IMG/VR virus record: IMGVR_UViG_3300037470_000325
Coordinates: 1 to 48,664 of that record
Source of the DNA: a virus
Taxonomy: Duplodnaviria; Caudoviricetes
Reading direction: 5' to 3' (one strand)
DNA: 48,664 nt
Shown: positions 36,155 to 44,554 of the stretch, piece by piece
Position numbering within the stretch: the first letter of the stretch is position 1
Layout of the letters: every line of letters begins with the position of its first letter
The notes under the pieces: generated by a model
What the model was told of the DNA's origin: nothing
Database searches by the model: none
The model's input: the letters and a program-made list of their open reading frames with translations, nothing else
Translations under genes and position numbers: made by a program

Positions 36155-36730
36155 ATGAATGAAAGTTCATTGAAAAAGGAGATCATAATAATGGGTTCAG
36201 GCCCAGGGTGGGAGGAATGCCCATACAACAAGGAGACTTGGGTTGTCGCTAAGATGCTCATGCTCCCCGAACCGCCTAAGCGCGTTGACCGGATATTCTC
36301 TATGGACAGGGTAGAGGATATGAAAGTCATCAAGCGAGGACTCTTTACTGAACGGGAGTTCAGCAAGGTGATGAATGCCCGAAAGGTGCCGTTCATCACT
36401 TCTGAACACAATCGCAAAATCAAGCATTGCCAGTCTTTTCCTTACAAGGAGATTGTTCGGAAGTTCAAGGTTCCTTACTTTACCAACACTATCTGCTACA
36501 TGATTGCCTACGCTCTTTATTCCGGAGTCACGAATATCGATGTCTACGGAGTATCGCAGATGGGCGCTCACGAGTATGTTTTGGAGAAAGGAGGAGTTGA
36601 GTTCTGGTTAGGCCTCGCTATGGGCTTTGGGGTTGAGGTTAATGTCTATGGCCACACCATGCTCTTTAAAGGTCATGGTAATGAGTATCCCTACGGTTAT
36701 CACAAGACATCTAAGGAATTAATGTCATGA
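36155..36730 (+). CDS. Putative sialyltransferase/Maf-like glycosyltransferase, paralog 1
   Basis: IIIMGSGPG; YFTNTICYMIAYALYSGVTNIDVYGV; EY...VEFWLGLA; YGY. Confidence 0.6.
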   Translation: MNESSLKKEIIIMGSGPGWEECPYNKETWVVAKMLMLPEPPKRVDRIFSMDRVEDMKVIKRGLFTEREFSKVMNARKVPFITSEHNRKIKHCQSFPYKEIVRKFKVPYFTNTICYMIAYALYSGVTNIDVYGVSQMGAHEYVLEKGGVEFWLGLAMGFGVEVNVYGHTMLFKGHGNEYPYGYHKTSKELMS

Positions 36731-37356
36731 GAAACTCTAAAGGACAATTTGTCCACGGACATACTACTTGGCTAAAAGGGACAAAGGGCTTGATTAAGTC
36801 AAACTCAGGGAGCTTTAAGAAAGGTCAGATGCCTTGGAATAAAGGTACTAAGGGGTTAATGCGTTCCAACTCCACTTCTTTTGTGAAAGGAGAGATGTGT
36901 AGAGACAAACATCCTGGGTGGAAACCTAGGATTAGGAAAGAGTGTCCCTCTTGCCATACTTCTTTTGAAGTAATGCCTGCTAGAAAAGATACAGCCCGAT
37001 ACTGTTCAAGAGCTTGTATGTACAATAATCGCCCGTCTGGAGAAAAACATCCGTTATGGAAGGGTGGTTATGATAGGAAAATTTGGAGTAACAACGCTCG
37101 TAGGTTTAAGAAGCTTAAAAACGGCGGGTCACACACTATGGAGGAGTGGGAGGCACTAAAAACGAAGTTTGACCATATGTGCTTATGTTGCAAGAAGAGA
37201 GAACCAGAAATCACTCTTTCGAGAGATCACATTGTTCCTCTCTCAAGGGGTGGCTCTGACGACATCTCGAACATCCAATCACTTTGTAAGAGTTGTAATA
37301 GCCAGAAATTTACTAAGATTATTGATTTTAGAGAATTGACATGTCGAGAAATATAG
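36727..37356 (+). CDS. HNH homing endonuclease with NUMOD3-like repeats
   Basis: Three FxxGxxxWxKG-like repeats; CLCC...RDHIVPLSRGGSDDISNIQSLCKSCN. Confidence 0.88.
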   Translation: MRNSKGQFVHGHTTWLKGTKGLIKSNSGSFKKGQMPWNKGTKGLMRSNSTSFVKGEMCRDKHPGWKPRIRKECPSCHTSFEVMPARKDTARYCSRACMYNNRPSGEKHPLWKGGYDRKIWSNNARRFKKLKNGGSHTMEEWEALKTKFDHMCLCCKKREPEITLSRDHIVPLSRGGSDDISNIQSLCKSCNSQKFTKIIDFRELTCREI

Positions 37357-37913
37357 CCATAGTTGGAACAGGGGATGGTTGGCAAGAGTGTCCTTTTGAC
37401 CGGGAATCCTGGGTTATAGCCAAGTCCATAATGATGAAAACCCCACCAAAGCGCATCGATATGATGTTTAACATGGATCCTTTGGATGAGATGGCATCGT
37501 TTGATAAGCACTCACGCTTCCGTGCCGTCTATACCAAAGAGGAGTTCATCAAGCGGATTAACGAGATAGGTGTGCCGTTCGTTACTTCAAAGGCTCATCC
37601 TGATGTTAAGCGAAGCCTTGAGTTTCCTCTTAAGGAGGTCTTTCGGAAGTACGGAGTGATGTACTTCACAAACACCATATCGTTCATGATTGCTTATGCT
37701 ATGTACCTCGGAGTCGACTCGATTGAGTTTTGGGGAGTTAATCAGGCAGGAGCGATGGAGTATCTGACCGAGCGCAAAGGAGTTGAGTTCTGGTTAGGAC
37801 TTGCCGCCGGCACAGGTGTCCGGATAGAGATAAAAGGCAACAGTCCTTTATTACACGATCCTTTGGTCTACGGCTATCGCAAGACTGAAGGCGAGCTAAT
37901 TGATTCACTATGA
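37341..37913 (+). CDS. Putative sialyltransferase/Maf-like glycosyltransferase, paralog 2
   Basis: IAIVGTGDG; YFTNTISFMIAYAMYLGVDSIEFWGV; VEFWLGLA; YGY. Confidence 0.6.
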   Translation: MSRNIAIVGTGDGWQECPFDRESWVIAKSIMMKTPPKRIDMMFNMDPLDEMASFDKHSRFRAVYTKEEFIKRINEIGVPFVTSKAHPDVKRSLEFPLKEVFRKYGVMYFTNTISFMIAYAMYLGVDSIEFWGVNQAGAMEYLTERKGVEFWLGLAAGTGVRIEIKGNSPLLHDPLVYGYRKTEGELIDSL

Positions 37914-38284
37914 AAAAGCAAATCTTTATAGTTGATCATGGCACATATCCTTTTGACGTTATGGTATGTATAGGAAGATCACATGCAGAAGTGGTGAAAT
38001 CACTGAGCAAGAGAGGCTACAAGCTTGACGACGAAGAAACGGAGAAACTCTGGATGTCAGGAAAAGGCAGAACTATTATGCTTCGGAATGGAGCAACAAT
38101 TCTAAGAATTGATAGGTTTAGAAGAAAGGCTGATTTTTACCCCTTTTTATTTCACGAGATCTTCCATGCTGTTGAGTTTCTCTTTGAAAAGATAGGGTTG
38201 AAACACGACGTTGAAACAAGTAGTGAGGCATTCGCCTACCAAATCCAATACTTAACGGGAAGTATTTTAGAACAGTTGAAATGA
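37910..38284 (+). CDS. HEXXH metallopeptidase-like protein
   Basis: FHEIFHAVE...SEAFAY. Confidence 0.6.
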   Translation: MKKQIFIVDHGTYPFDVMVCIGRSHAEVVKSLSKRGYKLDDEETEKLWMSGKGRTIMLRNGATILRIDRFRRKADFYPFLFHEIFHAVEFLFEKIGLKHDVETSSEAFAYQIQYLTGSILEQLK

Positions 38285-38324
38285 GAATGATTCATAAATT
38301 TACCATTAAGAAAACCAAGAATCT

Positions 38325-38927
38325 ATGAAAACAGCTACCATCGTAGGTTTAGGTCCGGGCTTCTCAAGAGCTCCTAAGGATGCCGAGGGGGAGATTTGGA
38401 CACTTAACGCCGGACTCTTTCTTCTTCCCAGGATAGATAAGTACTTCGTTATGGATCCGGTTGAAAGCAAGGGCTTCATGCGAGTCGGGAAGGTCCTGAT
38501 ACACGAAGGAGGCAAGGACATTGAGAAGAAAGTCACACCTAAGAGTTTTGCGCATGAGCTCGAGAGCCGTGACATAGAGTTCATCTCGGCCTATCCCTCG
38601 GACATTAAAACCTACACTCCCTATCCTTTAGAGGAGGTTGTGAGTTCACTCGGGGTGCCATACTTCACAAATACGATTTCCTATATGATCGCGTACGCAA
38701 TAGTCAAAGGCTACCAGAGGATCGTCCTTTACGGAGTCAATCAAGCCGCGCTGTCAGAGTATATCCACCACAAGCCGTGCGTGGAGTTCTGGCTGGGGCT
38801 TGCTCTCGGTCAAGGGGTGTCGGTCGACATCCAAGGCTGGCAGTCGGAGTTATTGCGTAATTATCAGGATACGCTTTATGGGTATAGAAAACCCTATGGA
38901 GCAATAATTAATAAAAAAGATGAGTAG
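38325..38927 (+). CDS. Putative sialyltransferase/Maf-like glycosyltransferase, paralog 3
   Basis: ATIVGLGPG; IWTLN; YFTNTISYMIAYAIVKGYQRIVLYGV; VEFWLGLA; YGY. Confidence 0.6.
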   Translation: MKTATIVGLGPGFSRAPKDAEGEIWTLNAGLFLLPRIDKYFVMDPVESKGFMRVGKVLIHEGGKDIEKKVTPKSFAHELESRDIEFISAYPSDIKTYTPYPLEEVVSSLGVPYFTNTISYMIAYAIVKGYQRIVLYGVNQAALSEYIHHKPCVEFWLGLALGQGVSVDIQGWQSELLRNYQDTLYGYRKPYGAIINKKDE

Positions 38928-39312
38928 ACAAGTTAAATTCGGCACATTAGTTACTGACAAAGCCGCAACAGGCATTGAGCAGTATGTGAATGTCCGGGAT
39001 TTCAAGCACCTAGTTCTTTCGCTTGATTTCTCCGACACCTCAACAATGACCGCAAAGATTCAAGGGTCCGTCCAAGAGACAGCTCCGAACTTCGCCGCAG
39101 CCGCTTCAAAGTCCAACAGCTGGGACTACATCGAAGCTATTGACCTTGAGGACGGTGCAGCTATTGATGGTGATACAGGAATTGCTGTTACAGCTAACGA
39201 CCACAGATTGGTTGAGGTCAACGTCAACGGACTGGAATGGGTTTGTGTGGAGCTTCAAGCGTACACCGCCGGAAAGCTTAACGTATCTTATGAGGCCTTT
39301 AGTAATAACTAA
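38920..39312 (+). CDS. Putative small virion protein (beta-rich)
   Basis: 130 aa in the structural module. Confidence 0.5.
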   Translation: MSRQVKFGTLVTDKAATGIEQYVNVRDFKHLVLSLDFSDTSTMTAKIQGSVQETAPNFAAAASKSNSWDYIEAIDLEDGAAIDGDTGIAVTANDHRLVEVNVNGLEWVCVELQAYTAGKLNVSYEAFSNN

Positions 39313-39998
39313 TGGATAGGGTATTCACAGCATTTAAGACGGAGCTCCAGGCTAAGGCCAGGACGCTTAATGACCAAGTTCTTTCAAAACAAGAAGAGCT
39401 CGCGAAAGTAGAAAGGGACATCATTGACGAACGCGAAAAGCTCTCGAAGATCAAGGAGGATAGGAAAAGCCTACTTCTTACCATTGACCAGGACCGGGCC
39501 GACAGAGAGGCTTTGAACGATAGCCTAGTTTCGCTTTCAAAGAAGCTTGATGACTTCGTAGACCACAAGCGGTCAAAAGAAGCTCAAATTGCCTCTAGGG
39601 AGCGCAAACAGGCGGAAAGGGTACAACTACTCGAATCGCTTGGTAAAGAGCTGTCAGGGTCCATTTCTCGCTTAAAACAGGCTCTCCTCAAGGAGGGTGA
39701 AGCCAACAATAGGTTGCTTTTACTCGAAGATGAGATGAGTACCAAAGAATCGGCTTTAAGAGACATCCGACACGAGCTGGCGGATCAGGTGAAAACATTG
39801 AACGAGCGTTCAGTAAAAGCCTTAAGAAGAGAGTCCGAGCTCGCTCAAAGGGAGTCTGACTTGATTCGCCAAATGGATGGTTTCAGAAAGCAGAAGAAGT
39901 TACTGGCATTTTATGCAGGAAGAATGAGGAGAATCTATGACAAGTTCTCTCCGCTTCCCAAAGAGATACAAGAAGTAATCACAAACTTAAATGGGTAG
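39312..39998 (+). CDS. Long coiled-coil protein
   Basis: 228 aa, heptad-rich. Confidence 0.55.
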   Translation: MDRVFTAFKTELQAKARTLNDQVLSKQEELAKVERDIIDEREKLSKIKEDRKSLLLTIDQDRADREALNDSLVSLSKKLDDFVDHKRSKEAQIASRERKQAERVQLLESLGKELSGSISRLKQALLKEGEANNRLLLLEDEMSTKESALRDIRHELADQVKTLNERSVKALRRESELAQRESDLIRQMDGFRKQKKLLAFYAGRMRRIYDKFSPLPKEIQEVITNLNG

Positions 39999-40290
39999 AA
40001 CAGGCACAGCAGGATCAACACTTACGGTTAACGAGGAGATTCTTATCCAGAACCTCCAGGCTGGAAACTATCAGTCAGAAGTTCCAAGCGGAGCGCTCAA
40101 TGGATCCAACACAACATTTACCCTATCGGTCGCGCCAAGTCCGGCTTCATCACTATTCTTCTTCTGGAACGGACAACTCCTCAAAGCCGGAGGGGAGGAC
40201 TACACCTTAACCGGCTCTACGATAGAGATGAACATCGCGCCCATAGCCAGTGAAAAATTAATAGCCTATTACCTACGAGACAGTGCATAG
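39991..40290 (+). CDS. Small fibre-associated beta-domain protein
   Basis: PSGALNGSNTTFTL...FWNGQLL...DYTLTG motif. Confidence 0.55.
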   Translation: MGRTGTAGSTLTVNEEILIQNLQAGNYQSEVPSGALNGSNTTFTLSVAPSPASSLFFFWNGQLLKAGGEDYTLTGSTIEMNIAPIASEKLIAYYLRDSA

Positions 40291-43200
40291 AACAACCAAA
40301 AACATCATTTATTTTATAATCGGAGTCATCCTTTCGCTTGTTTTAGGGGTTGGTATTGTTGCCGGGCAGTCGGTCTTTAGGTCGTATCAAGTCGGTTCAA
40401 GCCCAGCATCTGGCTATGTTTTGCAGTCTGATGGTACGTCATCTTCTTGGGTCGCCACTTCCACACTCGGGATAACCGCAGGCTCATCAGGCATCACTTC
40501 TTTAAATGGACTTTCAACATCTACTCAAACCTTTGCCACTACTACAGCCTCAGGGGTATTTACTATAAATTCTTCCGGGTCCGTTCATACTTTTACAATC
40601 CCATCCAATCTGGGATTCTTTACCAACGATTCAGGATATCTAACCACAGTCGATATTTCAGACGACACAAATCTTTCGGGAGACACGGAAATTGTCTTGA
40701 CAGGAGATGCTTTGTCTATAGCTTCAACGATTGCCAGGGACACAGAACTTCATAACGCTGTTACGCTGGCTGGAGAAGATTATCTTTCACTTGCAACACA
40801 GCAAATTACGGCAAATGCTATTGATCCGGATAACCTTTCAGCTTCCGACTTTGGTTCGTTTACTTGTAACGGCACCACCTGTTCTCTGGATTCCGGATCC
40901 GTTGATATTTCAACTCATACCAATCTGGCCGTTAATTCTCCAATCACTCTCACCGGAGACACTCTAGGCTTTGATTTTTCTACCAATAACACCTGGACCG
41001 GTACCAACACATTCAGTGCAACAACCACTCTCGCCACCACGACTATAAATGGCACCTTGAACACTCACACTATCCCAGGTGGTACGGGAACGCTTGCTCT
41101 GACCTCACAGCTTCACGATGCGGTTACTCTTGCAGGTTCTTTAGACTACTTGACTCTATCAGGGCAACAAATAACCCGTAACGCCATTGACCTTACATCG
41201 GACATAACAGGCAACCTGCCCGTTACCAATCTTAATTCGGGAACTAGCGCTTCAGATTCTACGTTTTGGAGGGGTGATGGCACTTGGGCCACTCCTGCAG
41301 GTTCCGGGGATGTGTCTAAGGTGGGCACTCCTCTAAATAACCAACTAGCCGTCTGGACAGGTGATGGCACGATTGAAGGGGTAAGCGCTCTTACTTTCGA
41401 TGGATCTATCTTCTCTGTGTCTGCCACTTCATCTCTGGCCACAACAACGATCGCTTCGCTCGATGTCACTTCAAGCTTCACAGCAGACCTTGCGACAGCT
41501 CTGGCCGCTAATGGTGCCAACTGTTCATCAGGCCTCGCTCCTTTAGGAGTAGATGCATCTGGTGCAGTGGAGGGCTGTTTTGATGTCTGGACCGAAGCGG
41601 AGAACACAGCCGCCGGTTATATATCCGGGAATGAGACTATCACTCTTTCGGGGGATGTTTCAGGGTCCGGGGAGACAGCTATAACAACAACAATCGGGGC
41701 GGACAAGATACTCGAGTCAATGCTTAAATCTGTTAACGCAGCGGTGGATGAAGATATCCTAACCTTTGAGAGTACTACTGGGGACTTTGAATGGCACACC
41801 CCGGCGGAGCTTAACCTCCAGCCTTTGGACGATGTTTTAACTGATCTCTCCGCGCTCTCCGTGGTAGGTGATAATGAGTTCATCGTAGGCACAGGAGCCG
41901 GCGCTTACGCACACGAGTCTGGAGCCACAGCCAGGGCTTCTTTAGGGGTTACTATAGGAACACATGTGCAGGCTTGGGACACAGATCTTGATACTTGGGC
42001 CACCGTCACCCCATCAGCTAACGGGCAGTCTCTCGTAAGTGCTGCCAACTACGCAGCGATGCGAACCTTGCTTGACCTTGAAGCCGGCACAGACTTCTAC
42101 TCAATCGCAGCGACAGACTCTGCTATTGATACAGATATTGCCACTCACGCAGCCCTAACCGCCACACACGGTGTTTCAGGGGCTATTGTAGGTACTTCTG
42201 ATACACAGACTCTCACCAACAAAACCCTTGATTTAACAGACAACACGCTCACAGGCACACTCGCAGAGTTCAACACAGCACTTTCAGACGATAATTTCGC
42301 AGGAATAGGGCAAGTAAACGCCTTCACAGCAGGACAAACCATAACCATCCCCGACACCGCCAATGAAGTAGGTCTGACCATCAACCAGAATGATGTTACG
42401 AATGTTCCTGCGTCCTTAGTTGTTAATAGTGCTGGTTCTGGCAACTATCAAATCTCTGTAAAAAATACCCATTCTGGAAGTGAAGGATCGCTAGTAGAGT
42501 ATTTCCACGATTCTACTTCTCCAGGGATAAACGATACGATTTTTGAGGCGGATATTTATGGTAGAGATAGTGGGGCTAATAAAGAGCTATATGCCTATCA
42601 CTATGTTTTACTTACAGACCCAACCAGCACTTCAGAAGACGCCCACCATGTTTTTGGTTCAAGAGTAGCGGGTTTTTCGGCAGACAGACTAAAAATCGGA
42701 AACCAACTCAATGGGATTCATGTTGGTAATACGTCAACGGCGGGTATAGTCTCCTCCAACGGCAACCAAGACCTCATCCTCCAAACAGGTAACGCTACTA
42801 CAGGAACTATCACGATTACAGACGGGGCGAATGGAGCGATAAACCTTGCACCTAATGGCACAGGTAGAGTTCAAGCAAATGGTGTGACTATTCCAACTAT
42901 TTCTTCTTCTGACACTATCACAGGAAAAGTTTTAAACATAAACTCAGGTAGCTCTGCTGCTCCCTCTTTTTCTTTCTCTGCAGAAACTAATAGCGGAATG
43001 TACAGAGATAGTTTCGCAGGTGGACTTAGGTTTTCTGTTCTTGGAACAAACTCTCTCTCACTCTTTACTACCTTAGTTAGAGCTGAAGTTGATGTTGGTT
43101 TAGATGGAAATATACTATATGGAAACTCTACCTCAGGTGGAGACCTCACTCTCCAATCCACCTCAAACGCCACCAAAGGCAAAATCCTATTCGGTAGTAC

Positions 43201-44026
43201 ATCGGCGTATGACGAGGTTAATAATAGGTTGGGGATAGGGACGGCAAGCCCAGAGTTTCCTCTTGAAGGAGTATCTGACGGCGTGTCGTCGCAGTTTGCG
43301 AATACGGTCTATGGCGCACCTGGACCCGTGGCGAACTTCATCGGTAGGAGTGCTGGGGGTACACTCGCCTCACCAACCGCTACACAAGCGGGCCATGTCC
43401 TTATTTCTTTCGGCGGCAGAGGGTTTCAAACTGACGGCAACTTTGCCTCTTTGAACTCCGCCTACATCCGCTTTATCGGCGCAGAAGAACATACCACAAC
43501 GGCACACGGCGGGTATATAACATTCGCAACCGTCCCTCTTGGCTCTACGGCACAGACCGAGAGAGTGCGTATCACCGAAACAGGGAATATAAAAATCGCC
43601 GGAACCGCCACCAGAGCCACCACCGAAGGCACGAACCATCTAGACATCTTCAATGGTACTGCTCCCGTAGGAACGCTGGCGAATGGTATCTCGCTCTACT
43701 CCACATCGGGGGAGTTAAGGGTCATGGATGCCGCTGGAAATCCTACACTTTTGTCGCCTCACGACAAAGACAACAACTGGATATTTGACTCCTATGTCGG
43801 CATAGGCAAAGACCGCAAAAGGATAGTGGTGGATATGCAGAAATTAGTTTATGACCTGAACGACGGGTTCGGACTGGACTACATCCACGAGTACGACATC
43901 GAAACCGGCGAGGAGCTGGAACGAGAGCGAGGCGAAAGCGAGATAGAGGAACTCCGCAAGGAGAACGAGGCTTTAGAAGCTCGTTTAGAGCGTTTGGAGA
44001 GTTTAATAGGTAATCAATGTATATGA
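40283..44026 (+). CDS. Long Ser/Thr-rich tail-fibre-like protein with N-terminal signal/TM segment
   Basis: 1247 aa; fibre motifs TFWRGDGTWA, QTLTNKT, RLGIGTASP and ERVRITETGN; C-terminal coiled coil; N-terminus IIYFIIGVILSLVLGVGIVAG. Confidence 0.7.
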   Translation: MHRTTKNIIYFIIGVILSLVLGVGIVAGQSVFRSYQVGSSPASGYVLQSDGTSSSWVATSTLGITAGSSGITSLNGLSTSTQTFATTTASGVFTINSSGSVHTFTIPSNLGFFTNDSGYLTTVDISDDTNLSGDTEIVLTGDALSIASTIARDTELHNAVTLAGEDYLSLATQQITANAIDPDNLSASDFGSFTCNGTTCSLDSGSVDISTHTNLAVNSPITLTGDTLGFDFSTNNTWTGTNTFSATTTLATTTINGTLNTHTIPGGTGTLALTSQLHDAVTLAGSLDYLTLSGQQITRNAIDLTSDITGNLPVTNLNSGTSASDSTFWRGDGTWATPAGSGDVSKVGTPLNNQLAVWTGDGTIEGVSALTFDGSIFSVSATSSLATTTIASLDVTSSFTADLATALAANGANCSSGLAPLGVDASGAVEGCFDVWTEAENTAAGYISGNETITLSGDVSGSGETAITTTIGADKILESMLKSVNAAVDEDILTFESTTGDFEWHTPAELNLQPLDDVLTDLSALSVVGDNEFIVGTGAGAYAHESGATARASLGVTIGTHVQAWDTDLDTWATVTPSANGQSLVSAANYAAMRTLLDLEAGTDFYSIAATDSAIDTDIATHAALTATHGVSGAIVGTSDTQTLTNKTLDLTDNTLTGTLAEFNTALSDDNFAGIGQVNAFTAGQTITIPDTANEVGLTINQNDVTNVPASLVVNSAGSGNYQISVKNTHSGSEGSLVEYFHDSTSPGINDTIFEADIYGRDSGANKELYAYHYVLLTDPTSTSEDAHHVFGSRVAGFSADRLKIGNQLNGIHVGNTSTAGIVSSNGNQDLILQTGNATTGTITITDGANGAINLAPNGTGRVQANGVTIPTISSSDTITGKVLNINSGSSAAPSFSFSAETNSGMYRDSFAGGLRFSVLGTNSLSLFTTLVRAEVDVGLDGNILYGNSTSGGDLTLQSTSNATKGKILFGSTSAYDEVNNRLGIGTASPEFPLEGVSDGVSSQFANTVYGAPGPVANFIGRSAGGTLASPTATQAGHVLISFGGRGFQTDGNFASLNSAYIRFIGAEEHTTTAHGGYITFATVPLGSTAQTERVRITETGNIKIAGTATRATTEGTNHLDIFNGTAPVGTLANGISLYSTSGELRVMDAAGNPTLLSPHDKDNNWIFDSYVGIGKDRKRIVVDMQKLVYDLNDGFGLDYIHEYDIETGEELERERGESEIEELRKENEALEARLERLESLIGNQCI

Positions 44027-44205
44027 ATAAAATCATCATTGTAGTAGTAGGTATTTTAGTAGGGATTATGGGTACGATCACTTTTCTTGCCGTACAGCAG
44101 ACTAGGAGTTACGGAGAGCAGATATCCGCACTCAGTGCACGGCAGGGGCAGATTATCCAAATCCTTGTTAATGAGGGAATTATACAAGTTGATGGCCAAG
44201 AATAA
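44017..44205 (+). CDS. Small membrane protein
   Basis: Single N-terminal TM segment. Confidence 0.55.
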   Translation: MYMNKIIIVVVGILVGIMGTITFLAVQQTRSYGEQISALSARQGQIIQILVNEGIIQVDGQE

Positions 44206-44554
44206 CGAACAAATCAGTATCGAACAGCTGGAGTTCTACAGGAACTTATTCCAACCAAAGGACGGAGATTCCTTGAAGACTCTGGCATCCGGGGCTGTGA
44301 AGTATTGGCCTCTTATAGGAGCCTTATTCTTGGGAGTGTGGTTAATTATAAGTGGCTTTAATAGTGTGGATGCTATAAACAACAACCAGCAGTTTCTTAT
44401 AGACCAGAACAAAGCCAATATCGAGGAGCTTACCAAGACTGTTTCCGCTCTGGCTGCTCAACAGCAGTCAGCCAATAACGACTTCAACGCACTCAGGTCA
44501 GATATATCTTTGATTAAGGCGGATCTAATAGTTATTAAAGAAGCACTTAAATAA
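44192..44554 (+). CDS. TM plus coiled-coil protein
   Basis: Start taken at ATG 44192; WPLIGALFLGVWLII followed by heptads. Confidence 0.55.
   Translation: MAKNNEQISIEQLEFYRNLFQPKDGDSLKTLASGAVKYWPLIGALFLGVWLIISGFNSVDAINNNQQFLIDQNKANIEELTKTVSALAAQQQSANNDFNALRSDISLIKADLIVIKEALK

Noticed and set aside
36155-38927. DNA hypermodification as the role of the transferase-like genes
   Set aside because: No base hydroxymethylase, TET/JBP oxygenase or phage DNA polymerase was found, and the genes lie among virion genes. It is less likely but not excluded.
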